A stretch of DNA of 64,000 bases from an uncultured Candidatus Poseidoniales archaeon (GTDB lineage Archaea > Thermoplasmatota > Poseidoniia > Poseidoniales > Poseidoniaceae): assembly GCA_964613395.1 (NCBI GenBank), contig CAZTGO010000005.1, forward strand, positions 336-64,335, written 5' to 3'. The notes beneath the pieces are model-generated. The model saw only the letters and a list, made by a program, of their open reading frames with translations. It ran no database searches and was not told the DNA's origin. Below, in pieces: positions 43,501-51,099 of this stretch. How positions within the stretch are numbered: position 1 is the stretch's first letter; every line of letters begins with the position of its first letter. A program made the position numbers and the translations under genes.

Positions 43501-46271
43501 TCCCAATCAGCGTCTTCTGGACGGTGAGGGTCAAGGGTCCAATTATTTCCGCCAGTGAACGTTGTTCCGATCCAACGACGATGTTCAATCTCCCAACCAT
43601 CTGGCATTCCATCCCCATCCGAATCTACATTGGTTGGGTCGGTTCCAAAATCGATGTTCATCTGATTGAGGTATGTCGCGTTGGCTTGCTGACCAACTTG
43701 ACTGTCGCATTGATACACCATTTGAATGGTGTAATAGCACCAAAGCGTGCTTTCCTTGTAGTAAAAGCCGTAGTATTCTGCACCGTCTGACAAACCATCG
43801 CCATCCGTGTCGCCTTCTTGTGGATTCGTTGAATTAAATCCACCTAATGTTCGTTCAACATACCTGTATTCGTCGAGATTGACCCACAATCGTTCTAGAA
43901 CACCATCACCAGATGCATCGAGGTCAATGCCATCGCCGTCAAAATCAAATTGAGCATCCCAAGGATCGGTTGGGTCAAGACCATGCTCATATTCCCAACC
44001 ATCTGGCATACCATCCGCGTCCGAATCATTTGAGAGTGGATTGATGAGCTTTAGATTTGAGAATTGACCTGGTGCTGCTGCAGCAAAGACTGTTGAAACC
44101 CCATCTTGATTCACTGAAATCACCGAAGAGATTTCACCTGGAATTCGGGTTTGGTCTTGCAGCCCATACACTGCAGCATAATCACCAGCAATGGCCCATA
44201 CTCCCCATTCAGAACCAACTAGTATTTCATCACCAGTTGGATATATCGAATGAATGCTATTCGTTTCACGTATTGTCTTTCCTTCAACTCCTGGATGAGC
44301 AAAGAGGCCACTGTGCGTGATTTGTCCTGAATTTGTGTCCATTCGATGAACACCCCCAGGTGTACCAAACCACAAAACCTGGCTATTTGATGCAGAAGGG
44401 CCATCAAAAACAACCGTTCGAATTTCTGCAGGATTCCCTTGTGAACCGATGACCATAGGGCGAACAGCATCGACTTGTGGGCCAAAATTTGATTGCTCGG
44501 GGTCGTAGTACGCCACCCATTCCCCTACAGCTTCATCACGACCAGTCGCTGTTTCAAATATGACCAAACCAACATTCGTTCCAACAGCAAGCAATGATTC
44601 ACCGTTGGAATTTATGCCATGGGCAACTGCGTTGACACTTGCGTTACGTTCGAACAGTGAAGTTACAATCCCGGAGCCAAGTTCATGTGTTGATTCGATG
44701 TCAAAGGCCGAAGATAATTCAACGATGAGCCCCGTTCCCTTTGGACCAAGACCGAGTACTGTTGGCAATCCATCTTGAAATGTCAACATTGTGATTGCGT
44801 TGATTTCGCTTGTTGGTATATGAGTCCATAAATCAAGTGAAGCAAACGAACCATCGGCTAGGAGTGGTACGATGGTCATGCCCTTCGTGGTCGCTAAAGC
44901 GATTGCAAAAATTTCTCCATCCCCAGAGACATACACTGCATCATTAGCTTTCATGCCTTGTGGAAACCATTGGTGATTGGATTGGTTTGTTTCAAGATTA
45001 ACCGAGGTCAAGCCATAAGTTGTAACCACATGAAGCGTTTGTTCAAATGAAAGTAATGAGTTAATATCGTGGTGTATCGATTCGATTCCACCTTGTTGCT
45101 CAAGCATCAATGGATGTCTCACAACCGTTGAATCATTGAGAAGTAACGATGACTTGAGGCCTGGGTAAATCGTATTGCCGTCATCGAAATGAATGTTATA
45201 TTCTTGAATATTTGAAAGGGCTTCGCCAACCTCTAATGCCGTAAGTGTTCTCGATAAATCCTCAGTGATAACACCATCACGGTTGCGATCCCAACCATCG
45301 TTATCTGCATCGACGAGAGAATTGGTTTTATTTAATGGGTCGAGACCAAAATGTACTTCCCAACCATCGGTCATACCATCCCCGAAAGAAGGGAACAGTG
45401 GTCGGATTCTACCCACCCATTCATATCGGTCAGAGTCATCAAGAAGAGGGTCTGTACCCAACCACATATCGTCACCAATCATTCCTGTCGTATTCGTTGT
45501 ACAGGCTTGAAGAATGTTGATGAATGAAGCATTTGAATTCGTTCCGATGTATGGCCAAGAATTTCTGACTGCTCCGTCGGGCAGGCTTGCTTTGCACCAC
45601 AAACCATCGAGTTCGGTAACAAATGATGAATTTGCTCCGTAAATGTATTCTTCTGAAGATGTAAACCGTTCGGGTATAGATAAATCGCCATCGCGATTGA
45701 TGTCAAAACCATCTTGGTCAGGATCGTCGGTCAAATCACTTGCGTTGAGGGGGTCAAAACGCAAACAATTGTATCGCATTTGGATGACATTGTATCCGCC
45801 AATTCGATCGCACATGTATGCCTCAAACCCATCAGGAAGCCCATCACCATCTGTATCTGCAGTTCTCGGGTCAAGGTACATTCTATTCCCGAGTTCATCT
45901 GTTTTTCCAGTCAAACCTCGAGGGAACCCCGGAGCCGTACAATTCGCAGGATATGGCCAACAAAATTCCTCAGTGCTGTTTAATCCATCATGATCAAAGT
46001 CCAATGCTGCATCAGTCGCATCGTTTTTGTCCAAACCTTTGATTGAAATCTCTCTTCCATCAACATTCGTCCAGTTCATCCACTCTTCAAAGAGAGATTC
46101 GTGAACATCGGGAATGAGGTCACCATCGGAGTCCGTGTTTTTTGGTGGCTCTTGTGTCGTGTCATCAGGATGCACGTTTGCCACTGGCGAAACAGCAGGA
46201 AATTGCGACATGAACAACAGGCTGGAGATGACTGCAAGTGTCGTCAAAATCGTTGTCTGACTTCGCCTCAT
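40530..46271 (-). CDS. Giant (1913 aa) secreted protein with about 25 thrombospondin type 3-like calcium-binding repeats and a central propeller-like region; no TM anchor
   Basis: Signal peptide ILTTLAVISSLLFMSQFPAVSPVA. Recurrent D-x-D-x-D-G-x-x-D-x-x-E units include DTDGDGLPDGFE, DSDADGMPDGWEYE, DSDGDGMPDGWEIE, DSDTDGMPDGWEIW, DSDSDGIPDGWEYC and DTDGDWLVDWFE. Residues about 390-760 are G/S/T/V-rich without such repeats. The acidic C-terminus ...RDDEEDGVRGQSSPIRYDSRET has no hydrophobic helix. Confidence 0.9.
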   Translation of the reverse strand: MRRSQTTILTTLAVISSLLFMSQFPAVSPVANVHPDDTTQEPPKNTDSDGDLIPDVHESLFEEWMNWTNVDGREISIKGLDKNDATDAALDFDHDGLNSTEEFCWPYPANCTAPGFPRGLTGKTDELGNRMYLDPRTADTDGDGLPDGFEAYMCDRIGGYNVIQMRYNCLRFDPLNASDLTDDPDQDGFDINRDGDLSIPERFTSSEEYIYGANSSFVTELDGLWCKASLPDGAVRNSWPYIGTNSNASFINILQACTTNTTGMIGDDMWLGTDPLLDDSDRYEWVGRIRPLFPSFGDGMTDGWEVHFGLDPLNKTNSLVDADNDGWDRNRDGVITEDLSRTLTALEVGEALSNIQEYNIHFDDGNTIYPGLKSSLLLNDSTVVRHPLMLEQQGGIESIHHDINSLLSFEQTLHVVTTYGLTSVNLETNQSNHQWFPQGMKANDAVYVSGDGEIFAIALATTKGMTIVPLLADGSFASLDLWTHIPTSEINAITMLTFQDGLPTVLGLGPKGTGLIVELSSAFDIESTHELGSGIVTSLFERNASVNAVAHGINSNGESLLAVGTNVGLVIFETATGRDEAVGEWVAYYDPEQSNFGPQVDAVRPMVIGSQGNPAEIRTVVFDGPSASNSQVLWFGTPGGVHRMDTNSGQITHSGLFAHPGVEGKTIRETNSIHSIYPTGDEILVGSEWGVWAIAGDYAAVYGLQDQTRIPGEISSVISVNQDGVSTVFAAAAPGQFSNLKLINPLSNDSDADGMPDGWEYEHGLDPTDPWDAQFDFDGDGIDLDASGDGVLERLWVNLDEYRYVERTLGGFNSTNPQEGDTDGDGLSDGAEYYGFYYKESTLWCYYTIQMVYQCDSQVGQQANATYLNQMNIDFGTDPTNVDSDGDGMPDGWEIEHRRWIGTTFTGGNNWTLDPHRPEDADWDADSDGLANLCEYQWSLVRLAGLEGELIENFGEVPEAVANWSVADPNSIDSDGDSLPDGWESNGRCTWSPEYNGVNPLNSTDVLGNPDGDGYDINHDGVLTLNEQFVNYLEYHLRSDLFVSNGTFDGEEFPMAFETNLFDHIYDYGEPEDTFSDRAFSELYNSQTTYSIGAANPWDSDSDTDGMPDGWEIWFARWNLLDDGWTLNPLDSKDRWEDADDDGMTNWEEYNSIDPIFSEIQSNRSSPQWFVTTVGTAYALQQWPGIPTSSSFGSFIDEGVRNISGMTTDPNNIDTDGDGMLDGLELLFTAWNSSAEVWTLNPLVPDDGNFDGDEDGLIDKQEFALATMQPDNGIEHPSDAPLLHIDGDLQQPTEKAQRIFNMLISKNTRGKRLLDDFNAWQSGEPPNAFISVLQGMTDPTSSDTDGDGMYDGFEYWFTSWDLDENRWSMNPLIDGDVYLDSDDDSYDCNGDGDISQDELFSNLREWESRTWGKFDMRATVPLELGIIDFGEDAMLAYQEELGYSILQSQLALYQDFIAKGPDSLDRMEKINSLDSGNFNRSLRGVADPTHPDSDSDGIPDGWEYCYAIFGMNDTTTINHWSSNPLNPFDINYDGDHDGWYGRTTFDQPATQGVWDNRVFTPSSQQIQPGIGDLPFTNQMEWMNNTRPDLNDSDGDSVTFITTVENGVVLSHVQDYNYSDGREVFKYGSNPSDNDSDGDMLPDWYEYKLGWNESNDNFSSFLKIQVQWIDPGTGGPCTTSTSSCLPLSLNSDTGQLQRPDLEYTWFTLDPADPNDANQDPDQDGNWDCTGVGCTYEPYTNFQEFYAFTLQEYSSPNAVRLSGLTVDGNLVTEWWQLRKAVLGIGQSNELVLNYLKMDKFAGQDYQYGYIVNDNDVSFFELNASDDEIILAGNKTDAWEIYYEFSPHTAPDRNVGEHEFGWYLLDFDDDHLAEGSSPMNWDTDGDWLVDWFEVRDDEEDGVRGQSSPIRYDSRET
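40601..46133 (-). repeat. Dispersed intragenic repeats encoding TSP3-like Ca-binding loops
   Basis: On the + strand, 43992..44027 (ttcccaaccatctggcataccatccgcgtccgaatc), 43590..43625 (ctcccaaccatctggcattccatccccatccgaatc) and 42936..42971 (ctcccatccgtctggcataccatctgtatccgagtc) are near-copies. Many more diverged copies occur through the gene. Confidence 0.8.
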
Positions 46272-46451
46272 AGTCTCACCTGCGACATGGTGCTAACTGC
46301 CGCTGTCTAAAACTCCACGCGTTTACCTTATGAGGGTGATGGAACATTGTTCCGACAGAACATCATTAAAATCATCATCGACATTTCCAAAAACTTGCGA
46401 AATAGCACAATTTGGAGGGTCAATAGCGGTGTATTCAAAGTCCGTACGCGA

Positions 46452-47294
46452 ATGGCTACGAATATTGGCATGACGTTGAGTATCACCCACCTTGGAACTG
46501 GAAGCAGTGGCAACTCCACATTGCTTGCAACCGAAGATACAAAATTGCTCATCGATCAAGGATTTAGTGGCAGAAAACTTACTCAACGACTTGCCCAAAT
46601 TGGATTGGAACCAACTGATATTGACGCTATTCTCATCACTCATCACCATGGTGACCACGGAGGTGGTGCGAAATTATGTCAAACACGTTGGGGCATTCAA
46701 ATCTATGCGAATGAACGGACAGCATTGGAATTGGACCTTTTACCCCACCACACCACCTATTTTGAAAATCTAGAGTTGCTGGAATTTGGTTCAGGCATCC
46801 GAATTCTACCAGTACCGGTCCCACATGACGGGGCAGATAATGTTGCATTCATTGTTAGTTTCCAACAAGAACGTGCTGCAATCATAACTGATTTGGGCTC
46901 ATGGACTGATGAATTGGTACAGCATGTCCAGGGATGCGAACACATCGCAGTTGAAGCGAATTACGATTCAAAGCGACTTCTGGGCGGCCCATATCATAGG
47001 AAATTGAAAGACCGAATAACAGGTCGAGGCGGGCACTTATCAAATGAGCAAACGGGTTCGTTCTTAGCGCAGGTTTGCACTGAATCAACTCGAAGTATCA
47101 CACTCCTTCACCTAAGCAGTGAAAACAATCGGCCGCATTTGGCAGAATCAACAGTTCTCTACCACATCGACGAAATTTTTTCCGGAGATTTAAGAATATC
47201 AACCCAAGATGGACCGGAATTTTCGACATACATTGGTCAGCAATCTGAAGAAGGGCAACAAAGCAAAATCCATCGATTCAAGGTGAATGCATAA
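46452..47294 (+). CDS. Metallo-beta-lactamase-fold hydrolase (YycJ/PhnP-like)
   Basis: LSITHLGTGSSGNSTLL, the metal motif ILITHHHGDHGGG, VPHDGADNVAF and GRGGHLSNEQ. The start is ATG 46452 or ATG 46470; the track start 46347 is TTG and lies in the divergent promoter gap. Confidence 0.8.
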   Translation: MATNIGMTLSITHLGTGSSGNSTLLATEDTKLLIDQGFSGRKLTQRLAQIGLEPTDIDAILITHHHGDHGGGAKLCQTRWGIQIYANERTALELDLLPHHTTYFENLELLEFGSGIRILPVPVPHDGADNVAFIVSFQQERAAIITDLGSWTDELVQHVQGCEHIAVEANYDSKRLLGGPYHRKLKDRITGRGGHLSNEQTGSFLAQVCTESTRSITLLHLSSENNRPHLAESTVLYHIDEIFSGDLRISTQDGPEFSTYIGQQSEEGQQSKIHRFKVNA

Positions 47295-47318
47295 ATCCAA
47301 CGAAGGACTGGCGTGAGT

Positions 47319-48380
47319 ATGGAAGCCAAGAGAGGTGAAACATTCTCGGCTTCTTCATCCAGGGATGAGCGTGGTGTTAGCGAAGTTCTGGGCGTTGTGA
47401 TGCTTTTAGCAATGGTCATCACCATCATGGGAGGGGTTTGGATTTTCCTCAACCCATACATGAGTGATTTTGAAGACAACACAAATTGGAAATCTGCCAC
47501 TGGTATTACAGAACGAATTGATGATCGAATCAGCGTTGCTGGAAATTCACCAAATGGAACTGGTTTCAAAAACTCGATGTCGCTGGTTTCCACATCCATA
47601 CAAACTATGAAGGGTATAGAATATTGGACTGTGGCTGCTGATTTGACCACTCGAGATGTCATCAAAATCAAACACATGAATGATTCGGCAATTGAAGTGA
47701 CATCGATAAATGAGCGAATTGTAACCATTGAAATTCAAAATCATCTCGAAACCTTAGCCCTCGATGTCGATGACGGTGAAAGCCGATATATTATCAGCCA
47801 CAATCTTTCTCGTCAGAAATGGTTCATGGTCACAGCGTATGATGCAGAGGGCACATCACTCCATAGGCATGTTGATGTCATTCTCTCGGGATTAAAAGTC
47901 ACAACCAGTCTCGGGATGGGTGACCACCAGATCGCTCTCATCAACAACGCCGTCATCGAGAAATTTCCAAATGACCCCTGGACCATTGCTTCTATGCCCA
48001 CCTTGTCGTTCACTCACCTCGCTAATGGTGATGTGAGGTTAGCTATCCTTCTCACTGATGCTCATTCTATTCGTTCATTCGGCGGTGCCGGTAAAACGAG
48101 CATCGAATTTCTCTCTCTCGGACCAATGAACTTATTTTCAGGACCTGCATACAACATCCACTTCTCTGCACACAGTGAACTACATCCAGTCGTTAGTCCA
48201 CAGTATCATGAAACTTGGTTGCAAGACTATTATCTCCATCGCTCATCTGCAACATTGACGACATATGATGGTATAGCTCCCTTTGAACGAGCGAGTGGTG
48301 CTGATGGTTTCACTGTCATGACCACAAGCCCTGTTGTGCATTTCGAAGTTGACCTTCAACGAGTCGAGGTGAACACATGA
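47319..48380 (+). CDS. Pilin-like surface protein with an archaeal class III (type IV pilin) signal peptide, 353 aa
   Basis: The N-terminus ...SSSRDERGVSEVLGVVMLLAMVITIMGGVWIFL (nt 47370..47450) matches the archaeal type IV pilin N-terminal pattern D-x-R-G-V-S-x-V-i-G followed by a hydrophobic helix. ATG 47319; the stop overlaps the next start (ATGA). Confidence 0.7.
   Translation: MEAKRGETFSASSSRDERGVSEVLGVVMLLAMVITIMGGVWIFLNPYMSDFEDNTNWKSATGITERIDDRISVAGNSPNGTGFKNSMSLVSTSIQTMKGIEYWTVAADLTTRDVIKIKHMNDSAIEVTSINERIVTIEIQNHLETLALDVDDGESRYIISHNLSRQKWFMVTAYDAEGTSLHRHVDVILSGLKVTTSLGMGDHQIALINNAVIEKFPNDPWTIASMPTLSFTHLANGDVRLAILLTDAHSIRSFGGAGKTSIEFLSLGPMNLFSGPAYNIHFSAHSELHPVVSPQYHETWLQDYYLHRSSATLTTYDGIAPFERASGADGFTVMTTSPVVHFEVDLQRVEVNT
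48366..48371 (+). promoter_or_regulatory. Shine-Dalgarno-like GAGGTG inside the 3' end of gene 1, upstream of ATG 48377
   Basis: The sequence reads tcGAGGTGaacacATGa with a 5-nt spacer. The start and stop overlap in ATGA, implying translational coupling. Confidence 0.5.
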
Positions 48381-50626
48381 AGACATCCAGCACACTTTGC
48401 AGGGACGAAGATTCTGTTTCAGCAGCTGTAGCAACCGTTCTCCTTTTTGGTGGCGTTCTTTCGATCATCGGCATGATGATGGTATCGATGGTCCCAGTCA
48501 TTGAGGAACTTGAAGGATCTGTCGAACGGCACGACATGTCGGCACAAATGGCACTTCTTGCTCACAAAACCTCATTGCTCAGCGAGACTGGAATGCCAGG
48601 GGATTCCACATCAGCAGAATTGATCCCCGTCGATGGCAATCTCGTTTGGGACCGACTTCGTGGTGGCATGTGGTACTCAGCTACTTGGGGAGAGGACATG
48701 AGTTTACGTGCAAAAAATGTTGTTGACTTTGATGACGAATTCGAAATTCGTCACCCAGAAACCGAAACTGCAGTGGTGTGCACAACGGATTTACGGCTTG
48801 GCATCAATCGCCCTTATTACTATGACATACCCGATTACACAGAGAAACTTCTCATCACAGCAAAACCGGGCCTCGCCTTACCCCTAGGCCCCATTGATAT
48901 CTCGATGTTCGGCGATGATGGTTACGAATATTCCAGTGAACTCCTTGTTGACGAGGTGTTCTCATCTAGTTTCATTTTTCCAGTCGGTAACCTCACAATA
49001 AAATCCACGCATGAACTCAACATATTGGCTCTTGCTGGCGACGAAGGTGCAACCTATATTCCTCCAAATCAGCCCGATGCTGCAAATAAACTCGGGCGTT
49101 CTTGGTCAATCCCGCTACCATCTGGACTCTCGACCGTCTATGTGACGAGCAAAGATGCAAATGAAGTCTCTTTGATTTTAGGTGATGAATCTGCAACATA
49201 CTTCGGAATTCCCGATGAAATTGCAAGAACAGGAACAGGAGTAGAATTACAGTTCAATCAATCGTCTGAAGCGGTTGCTCATATTTTTACCAGTTCAAAT
49301 TCTCAAATTATTTACAGGTATGGTGAATCATCTGGTGAAGGCCTCACATATATTCCCTCAACGACCGGCTCTTACTACGGACAAGAGTTCATCCCTCCCT
49401 ACACAAATAGTACTCTTCGATTATCGAACCCAGGTGAAACAGCATTGACCGTAACTTGGCGTGGAGGAGGAATTACGGTGGCTGCAAATGATGTTGAAGA
49501 TGTTTCATGGCCACCATCAACAACATACACAACCCCACTTGTTCTTGAATCGGACTCGCCATTCTCTGTGCTGTGGTCATCATTTGATCAAAATCAACCC
49601 GTCGACCTTCGAGATGGCATGGTTCATCTCATTGCAAAGGACACTGGATTTTGGACTGGCCATCACTTCAATTACACTTCAAGTCAAGACATAGGCCAAG
49701 AAATCGAAGCATCACTCCGTGGCTATCGCACTGAGATTCTTTGGGAGCAAGGAGGATTGAATGGAACGAATATTTTCATTCAAGACGGTACAACTTCGAA
49801 ATTGTATTCCTTGGCTTCAGAATCATTGAATATTGAAGTGAACAACACACACCCAATCTCGCTCCTACGAGCGGCAGGTGATAGCGGAGCACTCTACATA
49901 CCGCATTCAGGCACCGAGCGTTGTGAATCGGTGGGTACATTAGCGAGTGGCTGGATACCATTGCAACTTGCTTGGCAATCCATGGGTGGCCGCAGCGATT
50001 CAGATGTAGAAAATGCATGGATCGATGGGCGACATCCCTCAAGCGTTCAAATCGATGTGTTTGGTACGATTGATCAAGATTTCAACGCAAACATAGGAAC
50101 CATTTGGGCCTTCCATCTCTCACGCCTATCGTATCAATTCAAAACCTCCGTTGAAGGCATGGAGGTAGCTTACTCTGGAGGTGCAGTCATGACCAATCAC
50201 CCAGAGTTCAATCCATATATCGTGGTTCCACCTTCTGACCGAGGAGGCCCAGGGCCACGATTTGCAGCAACTATTCCCGCATTACATCCATCTTCTGATA
50301 GTGTCATTGGAGGAGGTAAACTTTCGATTGATATTGAGCTAAATTTGCGAACATCTCTCGCATCGACAGATGCCTATGAAATTAGGAGGGGTTGGAACGA
50401 ACCATACGGAGCAGCAATCGCCGAACATGCTGGTGAGGGGCTCGGAGGAAGTGAAGACTGGACAGTGTACCCTGGAAGGCTCGACCTCCTCACCGACTAT
50501 GTTGGTTGGGTCCCAGATCCAAGTTTCGGAACGAGTGAAACCGTATGGCACACCAATGGAGAGGTCATCAAATTCAGCCTTCAACTCAGCGCTCTTGAAG
50601 TCACACTAAGGGAGGCTAACCGATGA
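48377..50626 (+). CDS. Large (749 aa) pilin-like surface protein with class III-type N-terminus
   Basis: N-terminus MKTSSTLCRDEDSVSAAVATVLLFGGVLSIIGMMMVSMVPVI (nt 48401..48502). The rest is beta-rich and hydrophilic with many N-x-S/T sequons. Both junctions are ATGA overlaps. Confidence 0.65.
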   Translation: MKTSSTLCRDEDSVSAAVATVLLFGGVLSIIGMMMVSMVPVIEELEGSVERHDMSAQMALLAHKTSLLSETGMPGDSTSAELIPVDGNLVWDRLRGGMWYSATWGEDMSLRAKNVVDFDDEFEIRHPETETAVVCTTDLRLGINRPYYYDIPDYTEKLLITAKPGLALPLGPIDISMFGDDGYEYSSELLVDEVFSSSFIFPVGNLTIKSTHELNILALAGDEGATYIPPNQPDAANKLGRSWSIPLPSGLSTVYVTSKDANEVSLILGDESATYFGIPDEIARTGTGVELQFNQSSEAVAHIFTSSNSQIIYRYGESSGEGLTYIPSTTGSYYGQEFIPPYTNSTLRLSNPGETALTVTWRGGGITVAANDVEDVSWPPSTTYTTPLVLESDSPFSVLWSSFDQNQPVDLRDGMVHLIAKDTGFWTGHHFNYTSSQDIGQEIEASLRGYRTEILWEQGGLNGTNIFIQDGTTSKLYSLASESLNIEVNNTHPISLLRAAGDSGALYIPHSGTERCESVGTLASGWIPLQLAWQSMGGRSDSDVENAWIDGRHPSSVQIDVFGTIDQDFNANIGTIWAFHLSRLSYQFKTSVEGMEVAYSGGAVMTNHPEFNPYIVVPPSDRGGPGPRFAATIPALHPSSDSVIGGGKLSIDIELNLRTSLASTDAYEIRRGWNEPYGAAIAEHAGEGLGGSEDWTVYPGRLDLLTDYVGWVPDPSFGTSETVWHTNGEVIKFSLQLSALEVTLREANR
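50611..50615 (+). promoter_or_regulatory. Shine-Dalgarno GGAGG upstream of ATG 50623
   Basis: The sequence reads aagGGAGGctaaccgATGa with a 7-nt spacer and an ATGA start/stop overlap with the preceding gene. Confidence 0.5.
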
Positions 50627-51099
50627 CCTTAGATTCAAAATTCACACGTGATGAATCAGGTGCTGCTACTGAACTCGGGTATATCTTCACATTTCTTCTC
50701 GGTGTGCTCCTCATGACAATGTTCAGCATTTGGGCATGGGGAATCGAAACATCCACTCGAGAGCGTTGGAATGATGAAGCAATTATTGCCAACATGGACG
50801 ATATCGTTGAAGCTGTTGAGCGTGCAAATGAAGCAAGTCGAATTGATAATTCAACATATGCCGAATGGGTCTCATGGAGACCAACGGAAGCTGACGAATC
50901 ATTGATGACACTCAAGTTGGAAACAAATACGATTGAACTCGTTGATGAGTCAGAAAGGGAAGGATACACTGTTCAACATTCGGGAACCGGGAATGCAGAG
51001 AACAATGGTACACTCGCCCTGGCAGGTATCACAACAATTTGGGTTGTGCTTGAAGATGGTCAAATCTACCTTTCAGCGGACAGACCGTATTTTTCTTAG
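50623..51099 (+). CDS. Small (158 aa) pilin-like protein with class III-type N-terminus
   Basis: N-terminus MTLDSKFTRDESGAATELGYIFTFLLGVLLMTMFSIWAWGI (nt 50647..50745). Of the three genes, this size is closest to a structural pilin. Confidence 0.6.
   Translation: MTLDSKFTRDESGAATELGYIFTFLLGVLLMTMFSIWAWGIETSTRERWNDEAIIANMDDIVEAVERANEASRIDNSTYAEWVSWRPTEADESLMTLKLETNTIELVDESEREGYTVQHSGTGNAENNGTLALAGITTIWVVLEDGQIYLSADRPYFS

Noticed and set aside
42154-43790. Cluster of 60-110-aa + strand ORFs across the TSP3-repeat gene
   Set aside because: They are antisense shadows of repeated GAT/GAC/GGN codons. None has a recognisable motif, and they tile a single 5.7-kb minus-strand ORF.
46323-46658. 111-aa minus-strand ORF overlapping the start of the MBL gene
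   Set aside because: It overlaps the MBL-fold gene, whose HHHGDH motif is clear on the + strand. It has no motif and would lie inside the divergent promoter gap.
46452-51099. Reading MBL hydrolase plus pilin-like genes as a ComEC-style DNA-uptake (competence) system
   Set aside because: The MBL protein is a small soluble YycJ/PhnP-like enzyme without the ComEC membrane channel domain. No DNA-binding or translocase components are present. The idea is noted only as a low-probability possibility.
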